Under the pieces are notes generated by a model. The model saw nothing but the letters and a program-made list of their open reading frames with translations, made no database searches and was not told where the DNA came from. From Amoebophrya sp. A120 (Eukaryota; Protista; Dinoflagellata): 64,000 nt of DNA. Location: the NCBI GenBank assembly GCA_905178155.1, contig CAJINV010000001.1, positions 5,181,994-5,245,993 of the forward strand, given 5' to 3'. Of this stretch, positions 61,400 through 64,000 are shown piece after piece (the first letter of the stretch is position 1; each line of letters begins with the position of its first letter). A program made the translations under genes and the position numbers.

Positions 61400-62982
61400 T
61401 CAAGCACAGGACGGATCGGCTGTAGACTCAAAATTCATGCAGAGAAGCCGCATCATTTTGATTGCGTCTGTTACGTGCTCTATCACATCAAAAGGCCCGG
61501 GCTCCGAATTCTGCCGCATCCGCTTGTGCCGAAGGGCGTAGGGTACAGCTGTGGAATTGATTTTTTTTTTCAGTTGGTTCTTGTATCCATCTACATACGC
61601 TCACCTATGCCACATCGAGTAACATGCATCTCTCATTGCTGCGCCCAAAAATGAAAATGAATAGATGAAAGATCCGAGGAAATTATAAATATTGGTCGAG
61701 AGTATAACTTTTTACGCGGAAAATTCATATCGCCGATGTCTTTGGCGCAGCGTCTCGTGCAGGTGTCCGGGCGCAGGTGGGTTCTGACGAGTTCCACGAT
61801 GGCGCGTTCGTATCGCTGCTTGTCCTCCTGGTTGCTCCATCCTTGGTGCGGCATGTCGAGCATGAACTTCCCCGTTTCTTGAACAGTGAAGACGGCGAGC
61901 AGGTCATCCGTGTCCGCGAACGCTTTGGCGAGGTGTTCCGGAGCCTCGCTACCGGCTTTCACGAGGTCCCTGTATTTTCGGGAGCAAACAGTTTCTGCAT
62001 TCGTCTTTCACTTTTCTTTCAGAAAAGGTTGGTAAAGATCAAAACCTAAAAATTGCTACCACTCAGCAGGTCGAAGAAAAGCAATATAGTGTCCATACCA
62101 AATCACCATCGTGACGAAGTAAGCGTAGTTGTCTGCATTAGCGAACTGCTCCCGCCGTGTCAGTGTCTCGATGGGGCGCTGGTTCATCAAACCGTCCGCA
62201 TACTCGATGTCATCCGTTCCCAGCACCGCGTGGGTCCCCTCGTGGATCAGAATCAGCGTCTGCGGCTGCTTGGCCAGGTTCCAGACGTCTGGGTCGTAGA
62301 CAACCCCGGATACTGGCATTTCGGCCATGTTTTTCATGACCCACACACTGAACGGGCCCTTGTGCCACGCAAACTGCGGCCGCATCGTGTAGGTGTAGGT
62401 GTAAGCCAGCGCCTGCGCGTTTTCCGGGTTGTAGCCCGGGCGCAGCTTCAACCCAACCGAGGGAGTTTCCCTGTCCCCGGAAGGGCGGAGCACTTCGGCC
62501 AGACGCTGCAGATTCTGAGACAGCTCGTGCCAATGTGAGTCGGCATCTATGGAGAACAGTCGGTAGGCATGCCGTTCCACGCTCGCAAGCACCTGGGCGG
62601 CGAAATGTTCGTGAACACCGAGAATGGTGCGTCGCTGGTGCGCCCGCGCTTCCACCGCGTCCGCCACCAGCGAGGTCTGCAATCCAGCGTGCTTCAGAAC
62701 CACGTTCCACAAGTCGGCAGTGTCGTGCGCAAACATCTTCTTTTCGTGCTCCTGCTGCCCGTTCAAGGTGAGGTCGTTCGCATCCTTTCGCATGCGCCCG
62801 TCCGGGCTCGGTGGCGTCCAGTGGTCCTCGTTTCTGCGCATGTCCACGTTGTCCGTTTGGCTGCTCACCAGGTCCAGGTAGCTGCGGGCCGCAACGTCGT
62901 GCACCAGCAGAACCACTGTGGTCAGCGTCCACACTGGTGCTGACCACCAGCCACTGCGCAAGCCGGTGAAAAAAGCTCTCAT
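61400..62982 (-). CDS. Secreted M35/aspzincin-type zinc metallopeptidase, paralog 2
   Basis: Signal peptide; TLILIHEGTHAVLGTDDIEY (HExxH + GTxD), FANADNYAYF; later exons ...LRPDTCTRR and MNFESTADPSCA*. Confidence 0.85.
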
Positions 62983-63150
62983 CCCTCTGTCTCAGCCCGG
63001 CGAGTGAGGCTGTCAATCTTTTTTCCGTCCGTGCCAGCAGCAACTTCTCCACCTTTCTCGGGTATTTACAAAAAATGTTGAGCTTTGTTATTTTGTAACT
63101 TTGGAATGCGAAAGTGAAGAAAATGCTGCTCCTATGCAAAGCTCTTCTAA

Positions 63151-63199
63151 TCGTTGACAACTGTTTCCGGTTTTAAATAGTCGTTGACAACTGTTTCCG
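63151..63199. repeat. 19-bp direct repeat with 30-bp period upstream of peptidase paralog 2
   Basis: TCGTTGACAACTGTTTCCG at 63151 and 63181. Confidence 0.8.
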
Positions 63200-64000
63200 A
63201 AAGGATGAAATCAAAACCCGAAGTAGAAGACAGCAACACAAACCGTAAAAGGCTGCGGCTTTCATTCCATAGATATTTATACACTTACACAAGCGCTGTT
63301 GCATTAAGAGTAAAGCCAACAGGCCTGCTTGCAATTTCTGGGGCTCATTCTAATTGCTGTTCAGCATTCGGAACCACCTAGAGTCGCGTATATACGCACC
63401 AACTCGAACGGGGCGCGCTCGTCGTGTTTCACAGCAAGGATCACAGCAGAACATGCAAAGAGGATCTGCTTGCAACACACGAGAGGTTCGAGATTCCTCG
63501 GAAAAGAAGATCTGTGGACCAGACGAGGAAATAATGCTTACACCGAGCACGGTCTTCGATGCTGATCTTTCCTTTCCGCCAGCGTCTGCGACCGCAACGT
63601 CTGCGAGCGTCACTTAATGCGAATGAAAGATGAAGACTCCGACAACGAAACATCGTGAAACAGGATCAGTGATCGCCTCTTCGCAAAGTTCTCGTGATCA
63701 TCTCGATGGAGATCTGTTGGTACCGTCATCACGAAGGATCAGCATTCTGTTTCGACCCTTGGTCGGCAGAAGTACTAGGAAGAAGCTGATCGAAATCATG
63801 CAAGCCGCAAGCGTGCGGTGGCGAAAATTCCAGCAACGCGACTACGCAAGTCTCGTCCTTTTGGAAAATGCGACGGCTGCATCGTGATGCTTCCCGCCCC
63901 TGCCGCTAGCTGCAAAAACGCGGGACATTGGTTTTTAGTCTAGTGCTTTATATACGAGAACCACAGTCGCTATCAGGGAACGTTGACCTAGCGCTGACCA

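Noticed and set aside
3121-62943. Long plus-strand ORFs (e.g. 3121-4083, 9940-10779, 19473-20204, 53609-54298)
   Set aside because: Antisense shadows of GC3-rich minus-strand exons; they carry no motifs.

Overview
Intron-containing eukaryotic DNA with every credible gene on the minus strand across all 64 kb. That layout, plus non-canonical introns made of TAT...ATA terminal inverted repeats (TIRs) and 5-bp direct repeats (introner elements), points to an Amoebophrya-like (Syndiniales dinoflagellate) genome; this is an inference from the architecture. The window has two compartments. (i) About 1-29 kb is an island of orphan genes. It includes two genes with the hAT-type DDE transposase motif series (D..D..CxxH..TRW) and a third ORF that resembles only the C-terminal E-containing half. 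It also holds decayed introners, alternating purine-pyrimidine tracts and hexamer-periodic spacers. (ii) About 30-64 kb carries host-like genes: a multi-pass membrane protein, a TSP1/WSC adhesin-receptor, a PARP-like/double B-box protein, a secreted tandem-domain protein, an LRR protein, a DDX3/Ded1-like DEAD-box helicase, a WDR89-like protein and two tandem M35-type metallopeptidases. I delimited 15 TIR introns by eye, and removing the element plus 5 nt restored the reading frame each time, even where the duplication has decayed. A GCATGACA/TGTCATGC motif recurs in most of them and in a GT-AG intron. Two ~1 kb insertions with very long duplications (46 and 65 bp) sit across a stop codon and a putative splice donor of one gene. 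Exon boundaries were read manually and are approximate where stated. No database searches were run.
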